The notes: generated by a model not told the origin, from the letters alone. Positions 17,122-27,135 are shown, counted from the first letter of the stretch. The stretch: DNA of 64,000 nucleotides from Candidatus Palauibacter australiensis (GCA_026705295.1 JAPPBA010000136.1:961-64960); one strand, 5' to 3'. A program made the numbers and translations.

Positions 17122-18539
17122 GACATCCGATGAGAGATCCGAGGACACGGGTTGCCGGCCGGGTCGGCGCCGGGTGCCTGGCGCTCGGTCTCGCGCTCGG
17201 GATTCCGGGCGGGGCCGCGGCTCAGGAGCAGCCCATCCTGATCACGGGCGCGACGATTCTCACCGCGGCGGAAGCCGGGAGGATCGAGGACGGCGCCGTC
17301 CTGTTCCAGAACGGGCGCATCGTCGCCGTCGGGCCGGCCTCCGAGGTGGAGGCCCCCTCCGACGCGGTGGTCATCGACGGGACGGGCAAGTACATCACGC
17401 CCGGGATCGTTGACGCCCACTCCCACATCGCGGCCGACGCGATCAACGAGGGGGCGGTCTCCGTCTCCTCCATGGTGTCGATCCACGACGTGATCGACCC
17501 GACGGACGTCGCGATCTACCGCGAGGCGGCGGGCGGCACGACGACTTCGCACGTCATGCACGGGAGCGCGAACCCGATCGGCGGCAACAACGCCGTCATC
17601 AAGCACCGCTGGGGCGCGGACGCGCAGGGTCTCCTCTTCCAGGGCGCCCCGCCCACGATCAAGTTCGCGCTCGGCGAGAACCCGAAGCGGGCCGGGAGCC
17701 CCAACCTACCCGGCCACGAGGCGCGCTATCCCGCCTCCCGCATGGGGGTGATGGACGTGGTCCGGCAGGCCTTCATCGAGGCCAGCGAGTACAAGGCCGA
17801 GTGGGACACCTACCGGGCGCGCGTGGCCGATGGCGACCGCAGTGCGATCCCGCCACGCCGCAACCTGACCATGGATCCGCTGGTTGAAGTGCTCGAAGGC
17901 ACGCGCTACGTGCACGCGCACAGCTACCGCGCGGACGAGATCCTGCAGCTCATGCGGGTGGCCGAGGAGTTCGGCTTCCGCATCCACGTGTTCCAGCACG
18001 TGCTCGAAGGCTACCGCGTGGCCGACGAGATGGCCGAGCACGGGGCCCACGCCTCCACCTTCTCCGACTGGTGGGCGTACAAGATGGAGGCCTACGAGGC
18101 GATTCCGCACAACGCGGCGATCATGACGCAGCGCGGCGTCAACGTCTCCATCAACTCCGACAGCGGAGAAGAGGGACGGCACCTCAACCAGGAAGCCGCC
18201 AAGACGATGAAGTGGGGCGGTCTGAGCGAGGCCGAGGCCCTCGCCACCGTGACGATCAACGCGGCCTTCCAGCTGCTGATCGACGACCGCGTGGGTTCGC
18301 TGGAGGCGGGGAAGGACGCGGACATCGTCCTGTGGGAGAACTATCCGCTCTCCTCCTACGCCAGGGTCCGGACGACGTATATCGACGGCGAGGTGGTGTT
18401 CGACATCGACGCGGACCTGGCGATGCGGGCCGAGATCGAGGCCGAGAAGGCGGAGTTGAGAGAGATGCTCGGCGAGGCCGACGAGGACGACTCCGATAAC
18501 GAGCGCGAGCCGGATCGGCGGCCGGGAGGTGAACGATGA
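17118..18539 (+). CDS. amidohydrolase-family metallohydrolase (canonical HxH present)
   Basis: 473 aa with a signal peptide. GKYITPGIVDAHSHIA is the classical amidohydrolase metal-binding motif. The start overlaps the upstream stop (ATGA at 17118-17121). Confidence 0.9.
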   Translation: MRHPMRDPRTRVAGRVGAGCLALGLALGIPGGAAAQEQPILITGATILTAAEAGRIEDGAVLFQNGRIVAVGPASEVEAPSDAVVIDGTGKYITPGIVDAHSHIAADAINEGAVSVSSMVSIHDVIDPTDVAIYREAAGGTTTSHVMHGSANPIGGNNAVIKHRWGADAQGLLFQGAPPTIKFALGENPKRAGSPNLPGHEARYPASRMGVMDVVRQAFIEASEYKAEWDTYRARVADGDRSAIPPRRNLTMDPLVEVLEGTRYVHAHSYRADEILQLMRVAEEFGFRIHVFQHVLEGYRVADEMAEHGAHASTFSDWWAYKMEAYEAIPHNAAIMTQRGVNVSINSDSGEEGRHLNQEAAKTMKWGGLSEAEALATVTINAAFQLLIDDRVGSLEAGKDADIVLWENYPLSSYARVRTTYIDGEVVFDIDADLAMRAEIEAEKAELREMLGEADEDDSDNEREPDRRPGGER

Positions 18540-19900
18540 TGCGCATGGTGAAGTCGATAGTCGCGGCGGCGGCAGTCCTCGGCACCGTCGGGTTTGCCCT
18601 GCCGGCTGAGGCCGTCGCGCAGGACGGCGGCACGTTCGCGGTACAGGGAGCCACGATTCACACCGTCGCCGACGGCGTGATCGAGGGCGGCACGATCGTC
18701 ATCCGGGACGGCCGCATCATCGCGGTCGGACAGGACGTCGACATCCCGGCGGACGCCGAGATCATCGACGGGGAGGGGAAGCACGTCTTTCCCGGCATGA
18801 TCGATTCGTTCAGCTCGCTCGGGCTCACGGAGGTCGGGGCCGTCGCGGTGACGAACGACGCGAGCGAGCTGGGGCGCTGGAACCCGCATCTCAACGCGCA
18901 CACGGCGATCCACCCCGCCAGCGAGCACATCCCGGTCGCGCGCGCGAACGGGATCACGCACTCGCTGGTCGCGCCCGGCGGCGGCGGCCGCTTCGGCGGC
19001 GGCGGAGGTTCGGGCATCCAGGGTCAGGCCACGCTCGTCCACCTCGACGGCTGGACGGTGGAGGAGATGGAGATCGAGAAGACGGCGGCCATGATCATCG
19101 GCTGGCCCACGCTGTCGACGGGTTTCCGCGCCTTCGCCGGCTTCGGCCGCCCGGCCGGGGGCCGCTCCTTCCAGCGGGCGCAGGAGCGCTTCGACGAGGA
19201 AGTGGCGGAGATGGACTCGTGGTTCGTCGCCGCCGAGCACTACCGGCAGGCCGTGGCGTCCGGATCGAGCCGCGTGCCCCGCAACATCCAGCTCGAGCAC
19301 CTGTCGCGCGTCCTCGACCGGGGGATGAAGGTCATCGTGCGGGCGAACGGATGGCGCGAGATCGAGTCGGCCATCGAGTTCGCGGAGAAGTGGAACCTGG
19401 ACCTCACCATCGCGGGCGGGAACGGGGCGCGCGAGATCGCCGGCACGCTCGCCGAGAAGAACATCCCCGTGATCCTGGGGCCGGTGCAGCGGCTGCCGCA
19501 GGGCGAGGACACCGCGTACGACGATCCGAACACGCTGCCCGGCGTGCTGCACGAGGCGGGGGTCGAGATCGCGTTCGCGACCTTCAACTCGTCCGATGCG
19601 CGGACCCTGCCCTACGAGGCCGCGAACTCCGTGTCGTGGGGGCTCTCGAAGGAGGCGGCGCTGGAAGCGGTGACGCTGGGCCCGGCGCGCGTGCTGGGCG
19701 TGGACGACCGGCTTGGGTCGCTGGAAGTCGGGAAGGTGGGGAACCTGATCGTGACCGACGGGGATCCGCTCGAGATCACGACCCGGATCGAGTGGGTGTT
19801 CATCAAGGGCGTGCCGTCCGACCTGGACAACAAGCACGATAGCCTGTGGGAGGAATACAGGAACCGCCCGGCGCGGCGCGTGACCACGACGACGACCTAG
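18536..19900 (+). CDS. amidohydrolase-family protein, secreted (HxH motif degenerate)
   Basis: 454 aa with a signal peptide. GKHVFPGMIDSFSSLG sits at the position of the HxH motif. ATGA overlap with the preceding gene at 18536-18539. Confidence 0.8.
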   Translation: MMRMVKSIVAAAAVLGTVGFALPAEAVAQDGGTFAVQGATIHTVADGVIEGGTIVIRDGRIIAVGQDVDIPADAEIIDGEGKHVFPGMIDSFSSLGLTEVGAVAVTNDASELGRWNPHLNAHTAIHPASEHIPVARANGITHSLVAPGGGGRFGGGGGSGIQGQATLVHLDGWTVEEMEIEKTAAMIIGWPTLSTGFRAFAGFGRPAGGRSFQRAQERFDEEVAEMDSWFVAAEHYRQAVASGSSRVPRNIQLEHLSRVLDRGMKVIVRANGWREIESAIEFAEKWNLDLTIAGGNGAREIAGTLAEKNIPVILGPVQRLPQGEDTAYDDPNTLPGVLHEAGVEIAFATFNSSDARTLPYEAANSVSWGLSKEAALEAVTLGPARVLGVDDRLGSLEVGKVGNLIVTDGDPLEITTRIEWVFIKGVPSDLDNKHDSLWEEYRNRPARRVTTTTT

Positions 19901-19903
19901 CAG

Positions 19904-20341
19904 CTACTCGTCGGATTCGGGACGGCGCCGCTGCCTCTTCGTGAGGGAGCGGCGCCGTTTCTTTTCCAGCCGTTGTTCGCGGGAGGCCCGGGTGGGCTTC
20001 GTCGGGCGGCGGGGCCGCGGCGTGTGCTCCCGCTCCCGGAGGGTGGCGCGGAGCCGGTCCAGGGCGCGGGCCCGGTTGCGGTGCTGGCTGCGGGACTCGC
20101 GCGCGGTCACGACGATGCCGGTGGGACGGTGCGTGAGCCGGACGGCCGACTCCGTCTTGTTCTGGTGCTGGCCGCCCGGACCACCGGCCCGGAACGTCTC
20201 GACGGTGCACTCGGCGAGCAGTTCTTCGTCGCTGCGTGACTCCGCGGCGCTCACGGCTTCCTCCCGTCGGATCGCTGGCCGGTTCCCGCCGGCTCCGCGC
20301 GCCGACACGAAAACCCTTCGATCAGCGTAACTTGTCCACAT
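19904..20341 (-). CDS. arfB: alternative ribosome-rescue factor ArfB / class-I release-factor-domain peptidyl-tRNA hydrolase
   Basis: GGQ motif context [41 protein letters not shown] plus a basic C-terminal tail ([14 protein letters not shown]). ATG 20341 would overlap the divergent gene start. An alternative GTG at 20254 gives a more typical ~116 aa. Confidence 0.75.
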   Translation of the reverse strand: MWTSYADRRVFVSARGAGGNRPAIRREEAVSAAESRSDEELLAECTVETFRAGGPGGQHQNKTESAVRLTHRPTGIVVTARESRSQHRNRARALDRLRATLREREHTPRPRRPTKPTRASREQRLEKKRRRSLTKRQRRRPESDE

Positions 20342-20966
20342 GAACGAGTCGACGCACAGCCCGGAGACGCCGGACCTGCCCGAGACGTCCGAAACGCCCG
20401 AGACATGGGGGACGCCGGAGACGGCGGGCTCCTGGGACCCGGCGGACCCGCCGAACCGGGAGGCCGGCAGCATTGCCGACGGGGTGCGCCGTTCGCTCGA
20501 TCCGAAGGTGATCCCGCTGCAGCGCACGATCGGCGCCATCGTCACGGGTTGCGTCTCGCTCCCGCTCGGCGCCGCGGTCGGCGTGCTGTGGGCGGCCTTT
20601 GGACCCCCTCCGGTCGTATGGGGCCCGATGCTGGGAGGTTGGGCCGCGGTCACCGGCGCGCTGGGCTGGTGGCTGCAGCGGTGGCCCGTCCTTCACCACC
20701 GCTACGCGTCCTACGCCGTGCACCCGGACGGGATCGAGATCCGCAAGGGCGTGATCTGGCGGCAGGCGATCAGCGTGGCGCGCTCCCGCGTCCAGCACAC
20801 CGACGTGTCGCAGGGTCCGCTCGAGCGGAAGTACGGCCTCGGGACGCTGGGCGTCTACACCGCGGGCACCGACCACGCCAAGGTCTCCCTCGACGGCCTG
20901 GAGCACGACACGGCGCTCCGCATCCGGGATCATCTCCTGCCGCCCGCGGGGGACGATGCCGTCTGA
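20340..20966 (+). CDS. YdbS-like membrane protein with bacterial PH (bPH_2) domain
   Basis: 208 aa. Low-complexity PET-rich N-terminus, two TM helices, then [52 protein letters not shown], typical of bPH_2/DUF304. Confidence 0.7.
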   Translation: MNESTHSPETPDLPETSETPETWGTPETAGSWDPADPPNREAGSIADGVRRSLDPKVIPLQRTIGAIVTGCVSLPLGAAVGVLWAAFGPPPVVWGPMLGGWAAVTGALGWWLQRWPVLHHRYASYAVHPDGIEIRKGVIWRQAISVARSRVQHTDVSQGPLERKYGLGTLGVYTAGTDHAKVSLDGLEHDTALRIRDHLLPPAGDDAV

Positions 20967-22599
20967 GGCGGCGGCGCCCACGCGGGCGATCGAGCACCGT
21001 CTCCATCCGCTCTCCGTCGGCTTCTCGCTCGCAAGCCAGCTCCGGCGGGCGATCCTCCCGCTGATCATCGGAGGCGCGTCGGCCAACTTCCTCGGCGTCG
21101 TGGAGATGCGTTTCGTCCTCCTGGTCGGGCTCATCCCGCTCGTGGTGGGTGCCGTCGTCCGCTACTTGACGTTCCGGTACCGGTACGAGGAGGCGGAACT
21201 CGTGATCCGGAGCGGACTCCTGTTTCGGCGCGAGCGGCACGTCCCCTACGCCCGCATCCAGAACCTCGACGCCGTGCAGGGCGTTTTCCACCGCGTGCTG
21301 GGCGTCGTGGAGGTCAAGCTCCAGACGGGCGGGGGACAGGAACCCGAGGCGACGCTGACCGTCCTCCCCCTGCCGGCCCTCGAAGCGCTGCGCCAGCGGG
21401 TCCGCGAGGGAAAGCGGGAAGCCGCCGGGGAGGTGGCGGGTGCCGGAGAGGTGACGGACGCCGCGACGGGGACGGCTGCCGACGCGGCGGCGACTCTCGA
21501 CGCAGCGGCGACCGGTATGCCCGCCGAGCCGGCGGCGGATCCCGCTTCGGCCGATTCCGCGGAGAGCCGCACACTGCTGCACCTTCCGGCGCGCGAACTC
21601 CTGCTCCACGGTCTCCTCCAGAACCGCGGCATGGTGCTGATCGCCGCCGCTTTCGGCCTCGCTTGGGAGACGGGCCTCTTCGAGCGGGCCTCCGACTGGG
21701 TCGCCGGGGAGCAGTCGTGGATCGGCCCCGCGGTCGAGGGCGCGGCTGCGGACGTGGTGGTGGCCGGCATTCTCGTGACCGTGCTCGCCATAGCGGCGCT
21801 GGTCGTCGCCTTTGTGATCTTCGCCCGGCTGCTCTCGATCGTCTGGACGCTCGTGCGCCTGCACGACTACCGGGTCGTGCGCTCCGAGGAGGGGCTGCGC
21901 GCCACGTTCGGCATGCTGACGCAGGTCGCTGCCACCATCCCGCTGCGGCGCGTCCAGACGGTGACGATCCACGAGGGGCCGCTGCAGCGCTGGGCGGGCC
22001 GGGTCGCGGTCGGCGTCCAGACCGCCGGCGGAAGCCAGGCCGGACAGCCCGGGAACGCGGATCCCCACCGGCATCAACTCGCGCCCATCCTTCGCCGGGA
22101 ACGCCTGCGCGAGTTCCTCCGGGAGGTGATCCCCGAACTGGACGCCCCCGAGGTCGGCTGGGAGCCCGTCTCTCCGCTCGCGTTCCGTCGCGTGGTGAGG
22201 GGGATCTCCTTACTCGCGACGCTGGCCGCGGTGCCGCTCTACTTTGCGCTCGGAGGCTGGGGCGTCGCCTTCCACGCCGCCTTCCTGGCCTGGGCGGTGT
22301 TCTACGCGCGGCGCTACGTAGACTGCCTCGGGTGGGCGCTGAAGGACGACATGGTCTGGTTCCGCAGCGGCTGGCTGTGGCGCCGCACGACGATCGCCCG
22401 CTACACCCGCATCCAGGTCGTGGCGCTGCGCGCTTCCCCGATCGACCGCTGGCGGGGCATGGCCAGCCTCCGGGTGGACACGGCCGGAGCAGGCGCCGCC
22501 GCCCACAAGGTGGACATCCCCTACCTGCCCGTCGACACGGCCCGACAACTGCGAACCCTCCTTGCCGCGGAGGCTGCCCGAACCGCCTTCCGCTGGTAA
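20956..22599 (+). CDS. YdbT-like membrane protein with repeated bacterial PH domains
   Basis: 547 aa, overlapping the YdbS-like gene by 11 nt. Repeated TM pairs are each followed by bPH-like segments (RERHVPYARIQNLDAVQGVFHRVLGVVEVKLQTGG; IPLRRVQTVTIHEGPLQRWAGRVAV; YTRIQVVALRASPIDRWRGMASLRVDTAG). Confidence 0.7.
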   Translation: MPSEAAAPTRAIEHRLHPLSVGFSLASQLRRAILPLIIGGASANFLGVVEMRFVLLVGLIPLVVGAVVRYLTFRYRYEEAELVIRSGLLFRRERHVPYARIQNLDAVQGVFHRVLGVVEVKLQTGGGQEPEATLTVLPLPALEALRQRVREGKREAAGEVAGAGEVTDAATGTAADAAATLDAAATGMPAEPAADPASADSAESRTLLHLPARELLLHGLLQNRGMVLIAAAFGLAWETGLFERASDWVAGEQSWIGPAVEGAAADVVVAGILVTVLAIAALVVAFVIFARLLSIVWTLVRLHDYRVVRSEEGLRATFGMLTQVAATIPLRRVQTVTIHEGPLQRWAGRVAVGVQTAGGSQAGQPGNADPHRHQLAPILRRERLREFLREVIPELDAPEVGWEPVSPLAFRRVVRGISLLATLAAVPLYFALGGWGVAFHAAFLAWAVFYARRYVDCLGWALKDDMVWFRSGWLWRRTTIARYTRIQVVALRASPIDRWRGMASLRVDTAGAGAAAHKVDIPYLPVDTARQLRTLLAAEAARTAFRW

Positions 22600-22618
22600 A
22601 GGGCTGTCGCCGCCGGGG

Positions 22619-24844
22619 TCAGCGCGTGCCGTCGGTTTCGCGAAGCGCCTCGACGCGCCAGGCGAACTCTTCGTCGAGCTTCGAGGTGTTGCCGATCTTC
22701 ACGAACTGGATGTAGCCGTCGCGGTCCACGAACCACGTGGTCGGCCAGGCCCCGATCCCGGCCCGCTGGACGTAGCCGTCATCCATCAGGACCTGGAAGT
22801 CGAAGTCGTTCCGTTCGAGGTAATCCTCGACGAGGTCGCGTGACGTATCGTTGCTGATCGAGACCACGCTGACCTCCGGGTCGTCGCGGTAGCGTTCGTC
22901 GAACTTCTGGTACTCGGGCATTTCGACGATGCACGGGCCGCACCACGTACCCCAGAAGTGCACCACGGCGATCCTTCCATCGAGGTCGGCGGAGTCGACC
23001 ATGGATCCGTCGAGCCGCGCCAACTGGAACGGCTCGTAGGTCCCCGCCGCCTCGACCCGCGACTCCAGGATCCGCCCGCGGCGTCGGATCTGGTCGCGCT
23101 CGTTCAGCGTGGCGAGGTACTCGTCGATTCCTGCGCGGCTCCCGTTGCGACGCTCGTACAGCGCTTCGATGGCCTCCTGACTTGGGTTCTCGCCCACCCG
23201 CGTGCTTCCGAGGCCGGCGATGTAGGAGTCCTCCGCGCGGTCCAGCCACTCGATGGCCGCTTCGGCGTCTCCGTTTTCGGCCGCCCGGTCGGCGAAGTGC
23301 TCGTAGACCTGCCCGAGGTGATATCGGGTCTCCCGATTGGATTCCGTGAGAACGAGAGAGCGCTCCAGCGAGTGCAGTCCGTCCTCCACCCGTCCTGCCT
23401 TGAAATAGGCCCAGCCCATCGCATCGTGGACGATGCTGAGGTAGTAGCGCAGGGACTGTTCCCACTCTCCCTCGGTATCGAAGGACCTGCGTGACATTCC
23501 GACACGGTCGACGGCGTTTTGGAGCCCGTGATTCCGTGCGATCTCGGCCGCCTCCAGCGCATGCGGCGTGGATTCGGCCATGTCGATCAGCGCGGATCCA
23601 AATGTGATGTGCGGGTTCAGGTCGTTGTGCGCGACGAGTCCCCGGACGGCCTCGGCCAACTCCTCAGAGGGGACGGGGTCCATGTCCCGGAGCGCGACGT
23701 AGAGGCTCATGTAGGCGCTTGCCTTCTGTCGGTCCGAGTACAGCGGTTGCTCGAGAAAGCGGTTTACGGCAGCGCGCACCACTTCGAGTTGCGCCATGTA
23801 TTCCGGGGAATCGCGGCCCTCAGCCTGGTAGAGCCGGTTCAACTCGCTGCTCGCAGCGTTGTACTCGCGCGCGTATATCAGCGACGCGTGGCGGCTGAGG
23901 GGAGCGCGCTCGACCACCAGAGCTTCGAGTCGTTCCCCGCGCTCCATGTCTTCCATGTCCCGGTACATGCTCGCGGTCGCCGAGAGCCCGCGGATGGATT
24001 CGAGCCCCGCGTCCCGGAAGGCCGCGATGCTCGCCTCGACGGCCGGGCGCCGCTCTTCGGCCGGAAGCACGCCCGACTCGAACAGAATCCACCAGTGCCA
24101 CTGCCGCACGTCCACTGAGCCCGGGGCGAGTGCCACGGCCTGTTCGATCAGCGGTAGCGCCTCTTCCGCCCGATTGGCGCGGAACAGGTCTTCGGCCGCC
24201 CGGAGGTATCCGTTTACGTGATCCGGGAATCGCGCCCGCAGTTCCGCGTACGTTGCGAGACTCGAATCGGCCCATGCCGGATCACTCAACTCGTACCGGG
24301 CCTGGGACTCCAGTTGGGCGCGCGCGAAGAGGATTTCCGGCGTCGCCCGGGTCACCGAATCGAGCGATGCCAGGAAAGCGCGAGCACCCTCGATGCTATC
24401 GAAACGGAGCGACTGTACACGCGCGGCCGCGAACTCGGGACGGGGCAGAGCTTCCCACGCCTTCAGGCTGGGCTCGACTGCGAGTTTCCACTCATTCTCG
24501 GCGAAGTGCCCAAGCGCCTGCGTATAAAGCCCCCACGGGTTGTTCGGATCCTCGGCAAGTATCGCATCCGCCTGTGCACGGATCTCCTTGAACAGCCACC
24601 AGCCCCGCAGTTGCTCCGCATAAAGGGCTCGGAGTTCGGCGTCGTCCGGGGCGCGCGCGACCCATGCCTCCCCGAACGGCAGGCCGGCCTCGAAGGTCCG
24701 CAGCCGAACGTGGTCCCGAAGTTCGGCCTTCGCGGCTTCGAGTTCCTCGGGCGTGTAGTCGGGTGGCGCGCCACAGCTCGCGAGGGCGGCGCAGACGAGC
24801 AGAGGCCCGACCCGGGAGCCGGGCCGAAGGGAGCGGAGCGACAT
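22619..24844 (-). CDS. lipoprotein with large helical/TPR-like domain fused to a C-terminal TlpA/ResA-like thioredoxin domain (paralog 1)
   Basis: Internal ATG 24844 is preceded by GGAGG. MSLRSLRPGSRVGPLLVCAALASCGAPPDY contains a lipobox. C-terminal VVHFWGTWCGPCIVEMPEYQKF is a thioredoxin CxxC. The upstream 125 codons of ORF 22619..25219 overlap the next gene and look non-coding. Confidence 0.8.
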   Translation of the reverse strand: MSLRSLRPGSRVGPLLVCAALASCGAPPDYTPEELEAAKAELRDHVRLRTFEAGLPFGEAWVARAPDDAELRALYAEQLRGWWLFKEIRAQADAILAEDPNNPWGLYTQALGHFAENEWKLAVEPSLKAWEALPRPEFAAARVQSLRFDSIEGARAFLASLDSVTRATPEILFARAQLESQARYELSDPAWADSSLATYAELRARFPDHVNGYLRAAEDLFRANRAEEALPLIEQAVALAPGSVDVRQWHWWILFESGVLPAEERRPAVEASIAAFRDAGLESIRGLSATASMYRDMEDMERGERLEALVVERAPLSRHASLIYAREYNAASSELNRLYQAEGRDSPEYMAQLEVVRAAVNRFLEQPLYSDRQKASAYMSLYVALRDMDPVPSEELAEAVRGLVAHNDLNPHITFGSALIDMAESTPHALEAAEIARNHGLQNAVDRVGMSRRSFDTEGEWEQSLRYYLSIVHDAMGWAYFKAGRVEDGLHSLERSLVLTESNRETRYHLGQVYEHFADRAAENGDAEAAIEWLDRAEDSYIAGLGSTRVGENPSQEAIEALYERRNGSRAGIDEYLATLNERDQIRRRGRILESRVEAAGTYEPFQLARLDGSMVDSADLDGRIAVVHFWGTWCGPCIVEMPEYQKFDERYRDDPEVSVVSISNDTSRDLVEDYLERNDFDFQVLMDDGYVQRAGIGAWPTTWFVDRDGYIQFVKIGNTSKLDEEFAWRVEALRETDGTR

Positions 24845-24891
24845 GCTGTACCTCCGGGATTCGTGGGTCTCTGCTGTCCGGCGCCTTCCGG

Positions 24892-27135
24892 TCAGGGGCT
24901 GCTGGTGTCGTCTCGAATCGCCTCGACGCGCCAGGCGAACTCCTCGTCGAGTTTCATGGCGGTGCCGATCTCCACGAACTGGACGTAGCCCTCGCGGTCC
25001 ACGAACCAGGTGGTTGGCCAGGCGTACACGCCGGCGCGGTCGACGTAGCCATCGTCCACCAGCACAGTGAAGTCGAAGTTGTTCTTCGCCAGGTACTCCT
25101 CGATCACGTCGTTCGTGCGGTCGTTGCTGATCGAGATCACGGCGACCTCGGCGTCGTCCCGGTAGCGTTCGTCGAACTTCTGGTATTCCGGCATCTCGAC
25201 GATGCACGGCCCGCACCACGTCCCCCAGAAGTGGAGTACGGCGATCTTCCCCTCGAGCTCCGCCGAGTCGATCATTTCACCGTCCAGCCGCGCGAGCGTG
25301 AACGGTTCGTACGTCCCCGCCGCCTCCACCCGCGACTCGAGGATGCGCTCGCGCCGCCGGTTCCGGTCGCGCTCGTCGAGCGTCGCGAGGTACTCCTCGA
25401 TCCCCTCGCGGCTCCCGTTCCGGCTCTCGTACAGGGCCTCGAGAGCGGCTTCATTGGGGTTCGCGCCCCGGCTGGCCCCGAATCCCGCGATGTAGGAATC
25501 CTCCGCCTGGTCCAGCCAGGCCGTGACCGCTTCGGCGTCTCCCTCCTCCTCTGCCTCCGCGGCCATGTGCTCATAGACCTGCCCCAGATGGTAGCGGACG
25601 TCGCGGGTGTCCTCGGAAATCGCCAGCGCGCGCTCGAGCGTGTGACGCCCATCCTCCACACGGCCAGCCTTGAAGTGGGCCCACCCGATCACGTCGTACG
25701 TGTCGGTGAGGAAGCTGCGGAGCAGTTGATCGAACTCGCCTTCCGTGTCGAAGCGGTCTCGCGACTCGTTCAATCGCTCCAGCATGACGGGCACGCCCTC
25801 GCGGACGATGTCGACCGCTTCCAGCGCGTAGGGCGTGTGATCGATCATGGCGAGCGGGGCCGCCCCGAACGTGATGTGAGGATTCATGGTTTCGTGTGCG
25901 GCGAGTCCCCGCACCGCGTCGGCGAAGTCCTCCACCGGAAGCGGATCCATGGACCTGAGGGCGAAATACAGAGTGATGTAGGCCGTTCCCTTGTAGGTGT
26001 CGCTGTAAAGCGGCCGCTCCAGGTATTCGTGCACAGCGTCTCGTACGACGCCGAGCTGGGCGCGATGTTCGGGCGAGTCCGGGCCGTGCTCTTCCCGGAG
26101 TTCGCTCAGCTTGTCGTTCGCGCTGCGCACCTCGCCCAGATAGATGAGCGATGCGTGATAGCTGGCCGGGTCGCTCTCGACGATCTGCGTTTCGAGTTGA
26201 GCGGCGCGCTCTTCATCGCCCATCTCCCGGTACATTGCGGCGATGACTCCAAGCCCGCGCAGGGTCTCCGGGGCGGCATCACGGAACGCCGCCATGCTGG
26301 CCCTGACGGCTGGGCCTCGCTCGTCCTGCGGGAGAAGTTCCGACATCCACAGGCCGCGCCAGTGCTGTCGTCGAACCTCCGACGATCCAGGCGCAAGCTC
26401 GAGAGCCGCGTCCATGAGTGAGGTCCACTCATCCATGCGGCGGGCGTTATAGGCCTCGTTGGCCAACCTGGTGTATCCCAGTACGTGGTCCGGAAACCGT
26501 TCCTTGAACTCCGCCCACGTCGCTCGGCTGGAGTCCGCCCACGTCGGGTCGTTCAGCATGTAGCGGGTCTGTGACTCCAGCTCGGCCTGCATGCGCAGTA
26601 TCTCCGGCCAACCGCGGGTCTCCTCATCGAGCCCGTCGAGGAACTCTCGCGCCGCATCGAAGTCGTCCCGGCTCAACGCCCGCAGGTAGAGGAAGGCGAA
26701 CTCGGGTTGCGGAGAGGCCTCCCACGCCTGCAGGGCCATCTCGTGCGCCGGTCCGGCCTCGTTGTCGACCAGGTGGGCGTAGGCCCGCACATAGAGACCC
26801 CACGGATTGTCAGGGTCATCCGCCAGGATCGCGTCGGCTTGCTCGTGGACCTCCTTCGACAGTCCCCAGCCCACGAGCTGGTAGGCGTAGAGGCCTCGGA
26901 GTTCCGCGTCGTCCGGCGCGCGGGCGACCCACTCTTCGCCGAACAGCTTGCCGGCCTCGAAGGTGCGCAGCCGGGCATGGTCGCGAAGCTCCTGCTTCGC
27001 CGCCGCAAGTTCTTCGGCCGTGTAGTCGGGCGGAGCGGCACCGTCCCCGCACGCTCCGAGCAGCGCGCCCGCAAACACGACGAGCGGAAGAAAAGGTCCG
27101 ACGTTCGGGCCGGATCGGCGGGAACGCGTCGACAT
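24892..27135 (-). CDS. lipoprotein with large helical/TPR-like domain fused to a C-terminal TlpA/ResA-like thioredoxin domain (paralog 2)
   Basis: Internal ATG 27135 is preceded by GGAGG. MSTRSRRSGPNVGPFLPLVVFAGALLGACGDGAAPPDY contains a lipobox. C-terminal VLHFWGTWCGPCIVEMPEYQKF. Colinear with paralog 1 over the full length, and the 3' ends are also similar at DNA level. Confidence 0.8.
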   Translation of the reverse strand: MSTRSRRSGPNVGPFLPLVVFAGALLGACGDGAAPPDYTAEELAAAKQELRDHARLRTFEAGKLFGEEWVARAPDDAELRGLYAYQLVGWGLSKEVHEQADAILADDPDNPWGLYVRAYAHLVDNEAGPAHEMALQAWEASPQPEFAFLYLRALSRDDFDAAREFLDGLDEETRGWPEILRMQAELESQTRYMLNDPTWADSSRATWAEFKERFPDHVLGYTRLANEAYNARRMDEWTSLMDAALELAPGSSEVRRQHWRGLWMSELLPQDERGPAVRASMAAFRDAAPETLRGLGVIAAMYREMGDEERAAQLETQIVESDPASYHASLIYLGEVRSANDKLSELREEHGPDSPEHRAQLGVVRDAVHEYLERPLYSDTYKGTAYITLYFALRSMDPLPVEDFADAVRGLAAHETMNPHITFGAAPLAMIDHTPYALEAVDIVREGVPVMLERLNESRDRFDTEGEFDQLLRSFLTDTYDVIGWAHFKAGRVEDGRHTLERALAISEDTRDVRYHLGQVYEHMAAEAEEEGDAEAVTAWLDQAEDSYIAGFGASRGANPNEAALEALYESRNGSREGIEEYLATLDERDRNRRRERILESRVEAAGTYEPFTLARLDGEMIDSAELEGKIAVLHFWGTWCGPCIVEMPEYQKFDERYRDDAEVAVISISNDRTNDVIEEYLAKNNFDFTVLVDDGYVDRAGVYAWPTTWFVDREGYVQFVEIGTAMKLDEEFAWRVEAIRDDTSSP

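Noticed and set aside
15214-17148. 644-aa minus-strand ORF, and similar long antisense ORFs (18356..19837, 47715..49736, 49411..50919, 51160..52560, 53589..55301, 56240..57688, 59490..60893, 63225..63992)
   Set aside because: All lie antisense to genes with diagnostic motifs (amidohydrolase, MFP, CzcA, flavoenzyme, decarboxylase, BNR, GltD-like). All have shadow-frame composition.
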